Assembly: GCA_036985715.1 (NCBI GenBank)
Contig: BTQE01000001.1
Span: 3,577 to 67,576, forward strand
From: Rhodothermia bacterium
Lineage (GTDB): Bacteria > Bacteroidota > Rhodothermia > Rhodothermales > UBA10348
Length of the DNA stretch: 64,000 bases
Direction: 5' to 3'
How positions within the stretch are numbered: position 1 is the stretch's first letter; each line of letters starts with the position of its first letter. Under the pieces are notes generated by a model. The model searched no databases. It was not told the origin of the DNA and saw nothing but the letters and a program-made list of their open reading frames with translations. The position numbers were made by a program, and so were the translations under genes. Positions 10,327 through 21,030 of the stretch are shown here, piece by piece.

Positions 10327-11019
10327 CTACTCAGTTTTTCCGAATAGATCTGCGCCAACGACAAACTCAAAATCATCGCTGACAACACGAATCTGGAACG
10401 GCGCGAACTGAGCCGGTTCGAAGAATACGGTGGCCTCGAGGTCACCTGCCACGACATCTGCGGAACCGCTGATGGAGCTCTGGAACAATGAGATCGAGGC
10501 ACCAAAGTCGAGGTCGACTGGCGGGCCGCTGGCTCCCTGAAACGTACCGGTTCCAGAAACGAATGCACCACCGGGCCCGGACGCCGTTACGTCCGCAACG
10601 GCCGTACCGTCGATACTTGAGCCGGTTACTTCGGTAATTCGGGCGGTCGCACCGTTATCGAGATTGGGCTCGGTACCTGGAAATGTTAGATCTCCAATGA
10701 CATGTACCTCGTATGTGCCATTGCCGTCGAAATCCAAGCCGATATCTCCATCGAATACCAACACACCTCCCTTGCTGGCACGAGGTGTCAACGTGATGCC
10801 CGGAGCTTGGGTACCGCTGAGTGCCAACAGCAAACGCGAAAATCCTTCCATCATCACAAATGCCGAATTCTGGTTATCCAAGAAGAACTCCGCGATCTCG
10901 GCCTGACCAATTTGGTCACCACCTTCGTCGTCCGATTTGACAATATCGCACGAGACGAAGGCGAGCGAGCCGATAAGAACCACAGCAATGGAAAAGGGAA
11001 ATATATTTTTCTTTGACAT
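10327..11019 (-). CDS. Lipoprotein, unknown function
   Basis: Signal peptide plus lipobox (LAFVSCD). Gly/Asp/Thr-rich, beta-rich mature part. No recognisable family. Confidence 0.55.
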   Translation of the reverse strand: MSKKNIFPFSIAVVLIGSLAFVSCDIVKSDDEGGDQIGQAEIAEFFLDNQNSAFVMMEGFSRLLLALSGTQAPGITLTPRASKGGVLVFDGDIGLDFDGNGTYEVHVIGDLTFPGTEPNLDNGATARITEVTGSSIDGTAVADVTASGPGGAFVSGTGTFQGASGPPVDLDFGASISLFQSSISGSADVVAGDLEATVFFEPAQFAPFQIRVVSDDFEFVVGADLFGKTE

Positions 11020-11140
11020 AGTGACCTCCGGTGGCTTTCTGACCAGATAGCTCCAACAACACTTTGAGTTATTGAAGATTCAGGCGCTGGGGTGGGAATC
11101 AGTATACTGTATACGAAAGTTATCGGGAATACGCAATGTG

Positions 11141-13699
11141 ATGGGACAGGGTCGAATGATTAAGTGGATTGTGTTTCTTGCGACCCGCCATCGAATTTCG
11201 TTTTCGGTTTTGAGCGCAGGAGTGTTATTGGTTGCAGTTGTTGTGAGTTTTCGCACGCCGACGCGACTCGACATGGACGATTTTCTTCCCACCCTGGCTG
11301 GCGCTGACGAGTCGTTCGAACAGGAGATCAAGGATCGTGTTGGCGGATCCGCTCGCATCGTGGTCTACGTCGAGTCGGAATCGGAAATGGCGGCAAAAAA
11401 CGCCGGTCCAATCATTGATGAACTCGCCAAAAGACTGCGCGAAAAGAAGGGCATCGCAACGGTGCGGGAGCGTTTCGACCCCGGTATTCGCAGATTCCTC
11501 GATCAGCAGGGTCCAAAGCATCTTCTCTTGTACTTGAGACCCGATCATCTCGAGATGGCAGCCGAGAAACTTTCGAGGCAGGCAATTGAACAGGCATTGC
11601 AAGGTGAACCCGCTTCGAGCGAAGCGACGTTCGAGACAACCCTCAACTTGTTTGGAGACGCACGTGAACGTGATCCTCTCGGCCTTGGGGTATTGGCAGC
11701 CCGAACGCTTTACCAAATGGCCGGTTCATCTCCCATTCGGATCGAGGACGATTACTTCTCGCTTCCCGGCCGAAAGATCTTCTTTCTTGTTGTAGAACCG
11801 TTGATCGGGACCAACGATCTGGAACGGGCATCCGATTTGGTCCTCGGCATCGAGGAAGTCTTTGATGACCTTCGATCAGATCCTGATTGGATGGGGCTTT
11901 TGGATGGGAAACGGCTCAGCGCCATTGGTCGACCAATCAGCTATGTCTCAGCCTCGGAGTCGGTTTTGGGCGACGTTCAGAGAGTGGGGCTGGCAGCCAC
12001 GATAACCGTACTGATTATTCTGGGGCTCTTTTTCCGCAGCCCTCTGGCTCCACTCGTGATCGTTCTTCCCATTGTTTTCGGGCTTGCGGTAACCGGTGTT
12101 GTAGCCTTTGTCGTCTTTGGATCCGTCAGCTTGATTGCCTGGGTGTTCGCAGGTGTCCTTGTTGGTCTGGGGGTCGACTTCAGCCTTCATATCGCCTCAC
12201 ATTATTGGTTACACAGTGAGGCGGGAATCGATCGCGGAGCCGCTTTGCAGTCAGCCCTTGAGCGCCCGGGTCGGAGCATCTTTTTTTCGGGACTGACTAC
12301 TGCCGCAGCTTTTTTCGCTCTGTCTGCCATTTCGTATCCCGTGATGAAGCAAATCGCTCTTCTAACCGGAGTCGGATTGTTGGTGATGCTGATTGGCTCG
12401 TTCACGGTTCTCGTTCTCGGATTGGGATTTACCGAGCCCAGTTTCACGTCGAATCAATTCTGGGGGAAATGGGGTGTCATTTTGGCCAAGATGAGTAGTC
12501 GACGACCGGTTGTCGGTCTTCTTTTCTGGACTGCTCTTTTAATCACAGCAGTCGTCGTCAGTAGCTCAATCCCATACGAGACGCATCCATGGAATCTAGC
12601 TCTGAAGGGAAATCCAAAGACAGCAGAACTGGACCGCTTGAATCAGGAATTGGGATCATCGTTCTCTCCAATTCTCGTAGTCTCATGGGGTAAGACGCGT
12701 GACGAGGCGATATCTCGCGATCGTTCTGCTGTAGATGTGCTCAGGCGAGGGGCAGAACGCTCACGAATCGTCTCTATCGAATCAATATCGAATTGGTTGC
12801 CAGTAGCCGAAGACCAGGAGGCAAATATTGAATTCGTACGTAATCGCCCCAACCTCTTTTCGCCTGTAAGATTTCGTAGCGATTATAACGAGGCTTTGGC
12901 ATCGGCGGCCCGGACAGGGTCGGTTGTAATGAACGAATATCTTGCCAAGGAATATCCGGCAGAGATTTCTCGCTTCCTGAGTCCAATTTTGGAAGTGCTC
13001 GATCTGGATGCCCTTCGAGAGTCCGGATTAGGCTCCGAAATCGATCGTTTCCTACTGCAGGCACGGGGGAAGCAGGTCGCAGTTTCATACGTCTATCTGA
13101 AGCAATTTCCGTGGGCGGAAGGATCGGTCAACCGGTTTCTTGAAACCTACCAGATGCTGGGTGGTGATGAACTGGAGGGCGTTCAGTTGATGGGCGAAGC
13201 GCTTCGATCGGCGCAGCACTCTAGCGTTCTGCGTCGAGACGTTGCGGTGGCATCGATCCTGTCACTCGTGCTCGTATTGATAATATTGTGGATGCAATTC
13301 CGGAGCCTTTTTCGGGTTATCATTTGTTTGCTACCGGCGATCTGCGGAGTTGCCGCAGCTCTGATTGTGATGGCGATGCTGCAAATCGAGCTTAATCTCC
13401 TGACGCTTGCCATTGCTCCGCTGCTAATCGGTATTGGTGTGGACGATGGGATCCATATCGTCCAGAGACTGCATTCGGGCCAGAGTCTCGAAGTCCTATT
13501 TCGGGAAGCGGGTTCCAGTATGACCATGACCACTCTTACGACCGTGGGCGCATTCGCTTCTCTCGGGTTTGCCAGATTTGCCGGAATTCAAGAGCTGGGT
13601 CTGGTGGGTGGGATTGGGTTGCTTGTTTCCCTGCTAGCGTCACTCCATCTGGTGCCGTTATGTTATCGGATGTTTGGGCTTTGGGCGTTGAAAGAGTAG
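11141..13699 (+). CDS. MMPL/RND-superfamily exporter
   Basis: Two hydrophobic bundles separated by large soluble loops. GVDFSLH and GIGVDDGIHIV are RND/SSD-type motifs. The track ORF starts at 11072, but ATG 11141 or 11156 just before the first TM is more likely. Confidence 0.7.
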   Translation: MGQGRMIKWIVFLATRHRISFSVLSAGVLLVAVVVSFRTPTRLDMDDFLPTLAGADESFEQEIKDRVGGSARIVVYVESESEMAAKNAGPIIDELAKRLREKKGIATVRERFDPGIRRFLDQQGPKHLLLYLRPDHLEMAAEKLSRQAIEQALQGEPASSEATFETTLNLFGDARERDPLGLGVLAARTLYQMAGSSPIRIEDDYFSLPGRKIFFLVVEPLIGTNDLERASDLVLGIEEVFDDLRSDPDWMGLLDGKRLSAIGRPISYVSASESVLGDVQRVGLAATITVLIILGLFFRSPLAPLVIVLPIVFGLAVTGVVAFVVFGSVSLIAWVFAGVLVGLGVDFSLHIASHYWLHSEAGIDRGAALQSALERPGRSIFFSGLTTAAAFFALSAISYPVMKQIALLTGVGLLVMLIGSFTVLVLGLGFTEPSFTSNQFWGKWGVILAKMSSRRPVVGLLFWTALLITAVVVSSSIPYETHPWNLALKGNPKTAELDRLNQELGSSFSPILVVSWGKTRDEAISRDRSAVDVLRRGAERSRIVSIESISNWLPVAEDQEANIEFVRNRPNLFSPVRFRSDYNEALASAARTGSVVMNEYLAKEYPAEISRFLSPILEVLDLDALRESGLGSEIDRFLLQARGKQVAVSYVYLKQFPWAEGSVNRFLETYQMLGGDELEGVQLMGEALRSAQHSSVLRRDVAVASILSLVLVLIILWMQFRSLFRVIICLLPAICGVAAALIVMAMLQIELNLLTLAIAPLLIGIGVDDGIHIVQRLHSGQSLEVLFREAGSSMTMTTLTTVGAFASLGFARFAGIQELGLVGGIGLLVSLLASLHLVPLCYRMFGLWALKE

Positions 13700-13802
13700 G
13701 GTACTTGTCGCAATACGGATCTGGTTGACTTGGACTATCTTCCGCTTACACCCGCGTCGATTCAATCGCCACAGAGCATACTTCGCCACACCAGAATCGC
13801 TC

Positions 13803-15905
13803 ATGCCCGACCGAACGCAGACAAAACGCCTGAAGAAGGAATTAGGCCTCCTCGACGTATATGCGATAGCGACGGGTGCTACGCTGAGTTCGGGTTTTTT
13901 CCTTCTTCCGGGAATCGCGGCCGTCGGGGCGGGACCGGCGCTACCGCTGAGTTACTTGATCGCAGCGCTTTTTCTACTGCCGGGTTTGATGTCCGCTGCC
14001 GAATTGGCGACGGCGATGCCGCGTTCGGGTGGGGTCTACTTTTTCCTGGATCGGAGTATGGGACCACTTTGGGGAACCATGAGTGGATTCGGGACCTGGT
14101 TTTCACTGATCCTGAAAACTGCATTTGCCCTGCTCGGAGTAGGAGCCTATCTGAGTATCTTTTTTCCAGATGCTCCGATGACGCCAATCGCTGCTGGATT
14201 TGCCATCACTTTTGGAATTGTAAATTTGGTGGGTGCCAAAAAATCTGCTGCTACCCAGGTATTTCTTGTTATCGGGCTCTTGTTGCTACTTCTCTGGTTT
14301 TCGGGGGTCGGCATCCTTGACGTTAATGCCAGTTTCTTTCGGGGTTTTCTGGACAAAGGGGCCTCCTCGATTATCTCCACAGCGGGTCTTGTGGTGGTGA
14401 GTTACATGGGTCTCACCAAAATCGCCAGCGTCGCCGAAGAGATAAAAAATCCGGTACGCAACCTGCCACTTGGAATGTTTTTGTCGTTTGCGACTGCAAT
14501 TGTCGTCTATCTGATAGGCACCTCAATTATGGTCGGCGTGATTTCGGCAGAGGCTCTGGCCGCGAATGGGGGGGACTTGACGCCGGTAGCCACTGTTGCT
14601 GAAGCTCTTGTCGGACGATGGGGAGCTGTTCTTATGACAATTGCAGCCATCTTGGCCTTTTCTTCAGTCGCGAACGCGGGAATACTCAGTTCGTCGCGTT
14701 ATCCGCTTGCCATGGGCCGCGACAAGCTGTTACCCGCCATCTTCAGCAAATTGGGCAAAAAAAAACAAACGCCTTACTTCTCGATAGTTGTAACTGTTGG
14801 AATGATTGTGCTGTTGGTGACTGTATTTAATCCGGTGAAGGTTGCCAAGTTAGCCAGCTCTTTTCAACTTCTGATGTTTGCAATGAGTTGTATCGCAGTC
14901 ATTGTAATGCGCGAGAGTCGAATCACGTCTTACGATCCTGGTTTTCGCTCACCCCTATATCCTTGGATACAGCTAATCGGTATCGTGGCGCCAGTTTGGT
15001 TGATCACACAGAATGGTGCGCTGTCGATCGTATTTACTGGCGGTCTGATGATCTTGGGCATGATCTGGTACTGGAACTACGCACGCGATCGTGTAGATCG
15101 TCGTGGAGCCATCTTTCATGTTTTCGAGCGCCTTGGTACGGACGTCGACTATCGGCTGGAACATGAAATGCGAGGTCATATCAAGGAAAAAGGCCTTCGG
15201 CCCGAAGACCCATTCGATGCGGTTGTTGCGCGAAGCTTTGTAATTGATATTTCGGCTGATGTGAGCTTCGAAGACGTCGTTGGGGAGGCGGCCAAACTCC
15301 TGGCAGAGCGCATACCAATGACATCCGACGAAATCAAGATGCAGTTCCTGGAGGGAACCCCTCTAGGGGTCACACCCGTGACTCATGGCGTGGCTCTTCC
15401 TCATTTTACGACATCGTCCGTCGACCAACCGGAGATGGTGCTGGTCCGCTCTGAGAAAGCAATTCATATTGCAGAATCAGATCGAACACTCGGAGGGGTA
15501 GACGATGAGCAGGACGTGAAAGCCATTTTCTTCCTGGTGAGTCCAGACAGCAATCCCGGTCAGCACCTTCGTATTCTTGCACAAATCGCCACACGGGTAG
15601 ACGAAGATGAGTTCAGCCGAGACTGGGCCGCAGCAGCGGACGAGAAAGAACTGAAACAGGTCCTCTTCCGTGGCGAATATTTTCATCTCCTTGAACTAAA
15701 GACAGGAACGAAGACGGAGCATCTAATCGGACGCTCTCTCCAGGAGGCACACTTGCCTCATGGGATTTTGATTGCTGTCATTCGGCGAGACAGAACGAAC
15801 ATCGTCCCGCAAGGCGATACGCTGATGCTGGAGGGGGACTTCCTGACCATTATCGGAAATCCGGAAGATTTAGACCGGCTCCGTAAGCAGTACGAGGAAG
15901 ATTGA
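13803..15905 (+). CDS. APC-family amino-acid permease fused to PTS-EIIA(type 2)-like and TrkA-C domains
   Basis: LGLLDVYAIATGATLSSGFFLLPG is a typical APC N-terminus, followed by about 12 TM. The C-terminal region has GVALPHFTT (EIIA-2 G-x-A-[IL]-P-H site). The last approx 70 aa (GILIAVIRRD...PQGDTLMLEGDFLTIIG) match the TrkA-C pattern. ATG 13803 is preferred over the track start 13725. Confidence 0.7.
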   Translation: MPDRTQTKRLKKELGLLDVYAIATGATLSSGFFLLPGIAAVGAGPALPLSYLIAALFLLPGLMSAAELATAMPRSGGVYFFLDRSMGPLWGTMSGFGTWFSLILKTAFALLGVGAYLSIFFPDAPMTPIAAGFAITFGIVNLVGAKKSAATQVFLVIGLLLLLLWFSGVGILDVNASFFRGFLDKGASSIISTAGLVVVSYMGLTKIASVAEEIKNPVRNLPLGMFLSFATAIVVYLIGTSIMVGVISAEALAANGGDLTPVATVAEALVGRWGAVLMTIAAILAFSSVANAGILSSSRYPLAMGRDKLLPAIFSKLGKKKQTPYFSIVVTVGMIVLLVTVFNPVKVAKLASSFQLLMFAMSCIAVIVMRESRITSYDPGFRSPLYPWIQLIGIVAPVWLITQNGALSIVFTGGLMILGMIWYWNYARDRVDRRGAIFHVFERLGTDVDYRLEHEMRGHIKEKGLRPEDPFDAVVARSFVIDISADVSFEDVVGEAAKLLAERIPMTSDEIKMQFLEGTPLGVTPVTHGVALPHFTTSSVDQPEMVLVRSEKAIHIAESDRTLGGVDDEQDVKAIFFLVSPDSNPGQHLRILAQIATRVDEDEFSRDWAAAADEKELKQVLFRGEYFHLLELKTGTKTEHLIGRSLQEAHLPHGILIAVIRRDRTNIVPQGDTLMLEGDFLTIIGNPEDLDRLRKQYEED

Positions 15906-16171
15906 GCGTTGGCTTTCGCTCCTCAGGAGGAGAAGGCTGCTTGTGCGCTCTTCCTATCGCATGCTGCATCTCGGCGTTGCCTCCACCGGTCTTTCTACTG
16001 CTTCATAAGGTGAGGCCCGCTAACCGTTCCTCTGGTGTTGAGTCCGACTCGGATCCCGAAAACACCCTCCCATTCATGACTATATATCTCTTGGTAATTC
16101 GTAGGATTTAGAACGGTTATTCTTGCCTGCGCACAACGGAAACCAATCCGAAGTTCAGTACACGCGGATTA

Positions 16172-17419
16172 TTAGTCGTGCGTATTCGAACCTGCAAAAT
16201 ATTTGATCACTCGACCCAGGCTGAGTCCCTGCACAAGGATGGAAAAGACAACAACGATATACGTCACTGCGATGATCAGACCGCGTTCCGGTCCGGCGGG
16301 TAGTGATAGCGCCAGGGCTACGGAAATGCCTCCCCGAAGGCCTCCCCAGGTCATGATGCGGACTACGCCGGGGCTGAATATGCGATACCTGCGCAGCGCC
16401 AGGACAGGAATTCCAACCGAAATAAATCGCGCCAGGAGTACCAGCGGAATCAGCAACAATCCGGCCAGCACGTACTGCTCCGTGAACGTTAGAACCAGCA
16501 CCTCCAATCCCATCAGGACAAAGAGGACGGCGTTCAGTATTTCGTCAACGAGTTCCCAGAAAATGTCCAGATGGTGCCGTGTTTTTTCCGACATACCCAG
16601 CAGGCGACCTTGGTTACCCACAAATAATCCGGCCACGACGATTGCGATGAGTCCGGAAAGATGGAGGGATGTCGCGAGCGCGTATCCTCCCATCACGGTC
16701 GCGAGGGTAATCAATAATTCCACGTGATAGTTGTCCACCCTCTTGAGCATCTGGTATGTCAGGTACCCGACTCCAAACCCAAAGAATGCCCCACCTACGG
16801 CCTCCTGAAAGAATAAAGCGGCGATGCTAGCGGCATTAATCTCCGATGCTCCTGTCGCAAGCTCGAGTACGACGATGAACACCACGACACCGACGCCATC
16901 GTTGAAGAGTGACTCGCCTGCGATTTTCGTCTCAAGGCTTTTAGTAGCACCCGCAGATTTGAGGATTCCGAGCACGGCAATGGGGTCCGTTGGGGAGATC
17001 AGCGCTCCAAACAACAGGCAGTACAAAAACGGGAGCGAAAGACCGACCATTCCCAGAACCAGCCACGTGGCACCCCCGACGAGCACCGTTGAGATAAGGA
17101 CACCCAATGTGGCCAAGGAGCCGATGATCCATTTCCGATCCCTCAGATCATTGATGTTGATGTGAAGCGCGCCTGCAAAAAGAAGAAAGGCAAGCATGCC
17201 TCGAAATACGGTCTGGTCGAACTGGATGCTCCGGAGCAGGTTTTCTGAATTGAAACCCAGATAAAATCCCAAACTGTGCATCGCAATAATCGCAAGCGAC
17301 ACCACGAGGGAAATAAGCATGACGCCGATCGTGGTCGGCAAACCGATGAATCGATAATTCAGATAGCTGAATACGGCAGCCAGCGTGATAAGGGCGGCGG
17401 CGATTGTGAAGAGATCCAT
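16172..17419 (-). CDS. Na+(K+)/H+ antiporter, CPA1 (NhaP-type)
   Basis: 415-aa polytopic protein with ...[15 protein letters not shown]... and FNDG motifs typical of CPA1 exchangers. Confidence 0.75.
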   Translation of the reverse strand: MDLFTIAAALITLAAVFSYLNYRFIGLPTTIGVMLISLVVSLAIIAMHSLGFYLGFNSENLLRSIQFDQTVFRGMLAFLLFAGALHININDLRDRKWIIGSLATLGVLISTVLVGGATWLVLGMVGLSLPFLYCLLFGALISPTDPIAVLGILKSAGATKSLETKIAGESLFNDGVGVVVFIVVLELATGASEINAASIAALFFQEAVGGAFFGFGVGYLTYQMLKRVDNYHVELLITLATVMGGYALATSLHLSGLIAIVVAGLFVGNQGRLLGMSEKTRHHLDIFWELVDEILNAVLFVLMGLEVLVLTFTEQYVLAGLLLIPLVLLARFISVGIPVLALRRYRIFSPGVVRIMTWGGLRGGISVALALSLPAGPERGLIIAVTYIVVVFSILVQGLSLGRVIKYFAGSNTHD

Positions 17420-17446
17420 GGTTATGGTTTCGACGATCTTGCCCGC

Positions 17447-20068
17447 CTACCGCTCCAACTCAACCGCCCAGTTTTCTACGACTACGATAGACGGAGGTGC
17501 AGGCTCTCGCACTTCATGGATGGCAATAACGCTTCCAGAATGAGGAGCGATATCAAAAGGACTGGCATATGGGTTTAAAATGTCTGTGGAAATGGAGAAC
17601 AACTCCTCTGGTTTTCCAACCGGTGATTCTGCGCTCCGATCAAACGATATTCTCCATAACATCCCATCTTCAGTGGTGTAGTAGATCATATGGCCGTCAG
17701 GGTGCCACTGGCCACGATACCCACCATCTATAGTTACCGGCCAGTAGTTTTCGTTCGGATCCGGAAACGTTCGAACGACCAGTTGCCACTCGCCCGACAG
17801 GTTGGTCTGATACAGAAGTAAATCTCCGTCAGGGTGAATCTGAGGCACCGCCTCGTCAGCCGGCGTACTCAAGTAAGTATTCCAGTCTCCGACAATGATA
17901 GAATCAGGTTGAACGTCAAGTTCGACATAGAATAAATCTCTCCGGTTATCATCCGTTACAGAATAAAACGCCATGTAACGCTCATCTTGAGAAAGACTGG
18001 CAAGCCAAGTTCTTCCGGCAACGATTCGTTGAGGAGACGTTCTTCCTGTTACATCGATGACCACAATTGTGCCACCATCACGGAACGATGAGATGATTAC
18101 ACGTCTCCCGTCTTTCAGCCAGGTGTTGCCTTCTTCGTATCCGTCAAATCCAGTATCAACGGGTGTTTCAGATCCTCTTGAATCCATGAGCCAGATACCA
18201 CTGCGATTCTTTGAAATCAGCACGCGGTCTTCGTTGGGATGAATCAACGGACTAATCATTAGCTGAGCGGGCCGACCATATGACCGCCCAATTTCGCCAT
18301 CGGTCGAGAACTGACCGATTTGGCCGTCAACAAGATCGAACTGGAGATAGGTCAGTATCCCATCGTTTGAAACACTCGGAAAACGGGCTCCTGGCGGAGC
18401 GATACGGACCGGGTTTCCGGTAATTGACCGCTTGTCGGACGCGAACGAATAACTTGAGAGGCCAGTACTTGGCTCTGAGACCAGAAGGTGTCCATCCGGA
18501 CTGACAAATATTTCATCCGGGAAGAAATTGCTCTTCTCAATAAGAATAACATCGGCGCTCCTGTCAAGAAGACGAATGGATTCGACGTTTTCATAATCTC
18601 GAGCATTCACAACGATTAGATCAGTGTTGGCTGAGGAGGCCAGCGCGTCAAAACTATTTACATTTGCATCTATGTCGGTTTGCCAGATGACCTGAGAGTT
18701 CCCGCCTGACGCCGGAATCGAATGGATAGCGCCTAGTGCCGTCCCCGTACGGACGGATACGAGAATATTGCCAGACGACAGCCACGATGCCCCGTATATG
18801 ATTCCGATGTCGAACGACGTCACGAGTCTCGGTTCGCCGCCGATCGGATCAATCGTCCACAAATTCTGCGTTTCGGCGTATCCAATGTTGGCGTCGTCGG
18901 GAGACCAGAAGAGATGACTTACGGATGCAGCCGTCAGCGACCGTTTCGAAAGAGACGAAAAATCACGCACATAAAGCGTATCGTTTTGAACGAAGGCATA
19001 TCGATCTCCAGCGTGCGAGATAGCGAGCGCTGTGACTCCGGGAGCCGGGTACTCAAATTTTCTGAGTGTTCGGGGCTCGCTCGGCTGCAGGAAATACAGT
19101 GCGAGCGCGCCCAACACGAACGCGACGATTCCGACGATCATGACTGGAACCGTCGATGTTTTCGAGGATGTCTCTAATGCGGGTGAGGGCGAGAGGGTCG
19201 ACTGCCGAGCGACCACCCCAGAAGCCTTTGACAACTGCTTGGATCTCAAATCCAACGACTTCAAGTCCACGAGCAGGTCTGTCACAGACTGATACCTCTG
19301 GTCGGCATTCTTCGACAGACATTTTCCTACCAGCAGTTCCAACGCCATCGGAACACCTGTTCTGATGGCTGTAAGTGGTTCCGGGTCTTCATTCAGAATG
19401 GAGTACACGGCGGCCTGCTCGTACTCGCTGGCAAAGGGAAGTCGACCGGACAGCATTTCGTAGAGAAGCACACCGAGCGACCAGATGTCCGATCTGCGAT
19501 CCACTTCTTCTCCGCGCGCCTGCTCCGGGCTCATGTACGCAATGGTCCCCAGGGTCGAGCCGAGCTGCGTCAGCTTGGTAGACTGAGCCGTTTTCGCAAG
19601 ACCGAAGTCGAGAACCTTGGCTACTCCCTTCTCGGTGACCATCACATTTCCGCTCTTGACATCGCGGTGGACTATGTTCTTCTCATGCGCGAGCTCAAGG
19701 GCGTGAGCTACTTGGGTCGCGAATGCGATTGCTTCGTCCAGCTTCAGGGGACCTCGATTGATACGCTCGGTTAGCGTTTCGCCATCGACACACTCCATCG
19801 CAATGAAGGGTTGCTCGGTTCCGTCGTCGGACGCAGCCTCTTCGATCGCAAAAACAGTAGCGATATTGGCGTGGTGGAGTTGAGCGGCTGCTTGAGCTTC
19901 TCGGAAGAATCGTGCGCGGTCCTCTTCGTTCCCAAGCGCAGCAACAGGAAGAACCTTTAGCGCGACCGTGCGGTGCAGCTTAGTGTCTTCAGCCTTATAG
20001 ACAATCCCCATACCACCGCGGCCGAGTTCTTCGAGGATTTTATAGTGAGAAAGTGAGGTGCCTACCAT
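17447..20068 (-). CDS. Ser/Thr protein kinase with TM segment and TolB-like beta-propeller ectodomain
   Basis: [9 protein letters not shown] G-loop, VALK, [17 protein letters not shown], SPEQ. One TM ([21 protein letters not shown]). The C-terminal approx 520 aa contain repeated SPDG/WSPD beta-propeller-type blades. Confidence 0.85.
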   Translation of the reverse strand: [873 protein letters not shown]

Positions 20069-20313
20069 AGATGCGTTGGAGTGAGTGCGAACGGAAGAAA
20101 CGGGGAATTGAGGAGAAGGGCAATGGAGGTGATTGAAATCTCAATGCTTCCGTTTTTTCAACAGGCTCGGACTAGATCCACCGTTGTACTTGAAGGCAAT
20201 ATTCCTCCTAATCGATTCCATACGCCGCATGTAACATTTGTTCTTCAATCCGGATAAATACGCGGGTAATAAGAAAAATGAAGACGATAGAGATGACTCG
20301 CATCGGGTTCTAA

Positions 20314-21024
20314 TTATGGTTCAGAGAGAAATCGTATGATTTCACGCATCAGCCATTCAGCCTGATCCGTCTCAAATATATATTGTGCGTGGGCTGAGCC
20401 CTCTAGAATTATCAACTCTTTCGGGTCTGGAGTGCGTTCGTATTGGTCACGAATCTCTGGTAGGCGTAGTATGCCCCCGCCTCTCAAATCTTCGCGCGTA
20501 AGTATGAACAGTTTTCGGCCCGGCAACAGATCGGGCTGCTCGACGGTCGCCGCCATTAACACAAGACGGTCGATTTCACCAGGTGCCGAAATGGAAGCCT
20601 GTGCCGCAGCCCAGCCTCCGAAACTTGCTCCGACAACGGAAACCGTCTTCGCTCCTGTTTCGCGAACATATCGTACTGCCGCGAGCACATCGAAATATAC
20701 TCCGTCATCGGACGACTCGGATCCGGGTCCGCCATGCGATTTGCCGCGTCCGCGGAAGTCGATGGCCACAACTCGGAACCCCGCCTTCTTTAGTGCCCGT
20801 GCCTGTGTCTCCCAACTTTCTTTGTTGAACCTCGCTCCATGGGCCAGCACGACAGCGTGGTCGCCTTCTCCATATTCGTCGGCGTAGACCATTCCTCCAT
20901 CCTGAGTCGAAAACGAGACGAGCTGCGGACCTGAACATCCCGCCAGTAATAGCGCCACCAGTGGTAACCACAGGTGGCCCAATGCTAGAAGGTGAGGATA
21001 ACTCCGGGTTCTAGCATTCTTCAT
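20314..21024 (-). CDS. Alpha/beta hydrolase lipoprotein (dienelactone-hydrolase-like)
   Basis: Lipobox LLAGCSG, nucleophile elbow VVGASFGGW, and a C-terminal ...GSAHAQ... His region. Confidence 0.65.
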   Translation of the reverse strand: MKNARTRSYPHLLALGHLWLPLVALLLAGCSGPQLVSFSTQDGGMVYADEYGEGDHAVVLAHGARFNKESWETQARALKKAGFRVVAIDFRGRGKSHGGPGSESSDDGVYFDVLAAVRYVRETGAKTVSVVGASFGGWAAAQASISAPGEIDRLVLMAATVEQPDLLPGRKLFILTREDLRGGGILRLPEIRDQYERTPDPKELIILEGSAHAQYIFETDQAEWLMREIIRFLSEP

Positions 21025-21030
21025 GGCGCT

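Noticed and set aside
20085-20165. Plus-strand hairpin (ATTGA-AATC-TCAAT) followed by a T-run (cttccgttttttc) that looks like an intrinsic terminator
   Set aside because: No plus-strand gene ends upstream of it. It lies in the 5' leader and promoter region of the minus-strand kinase. The stem is only 5 bp.
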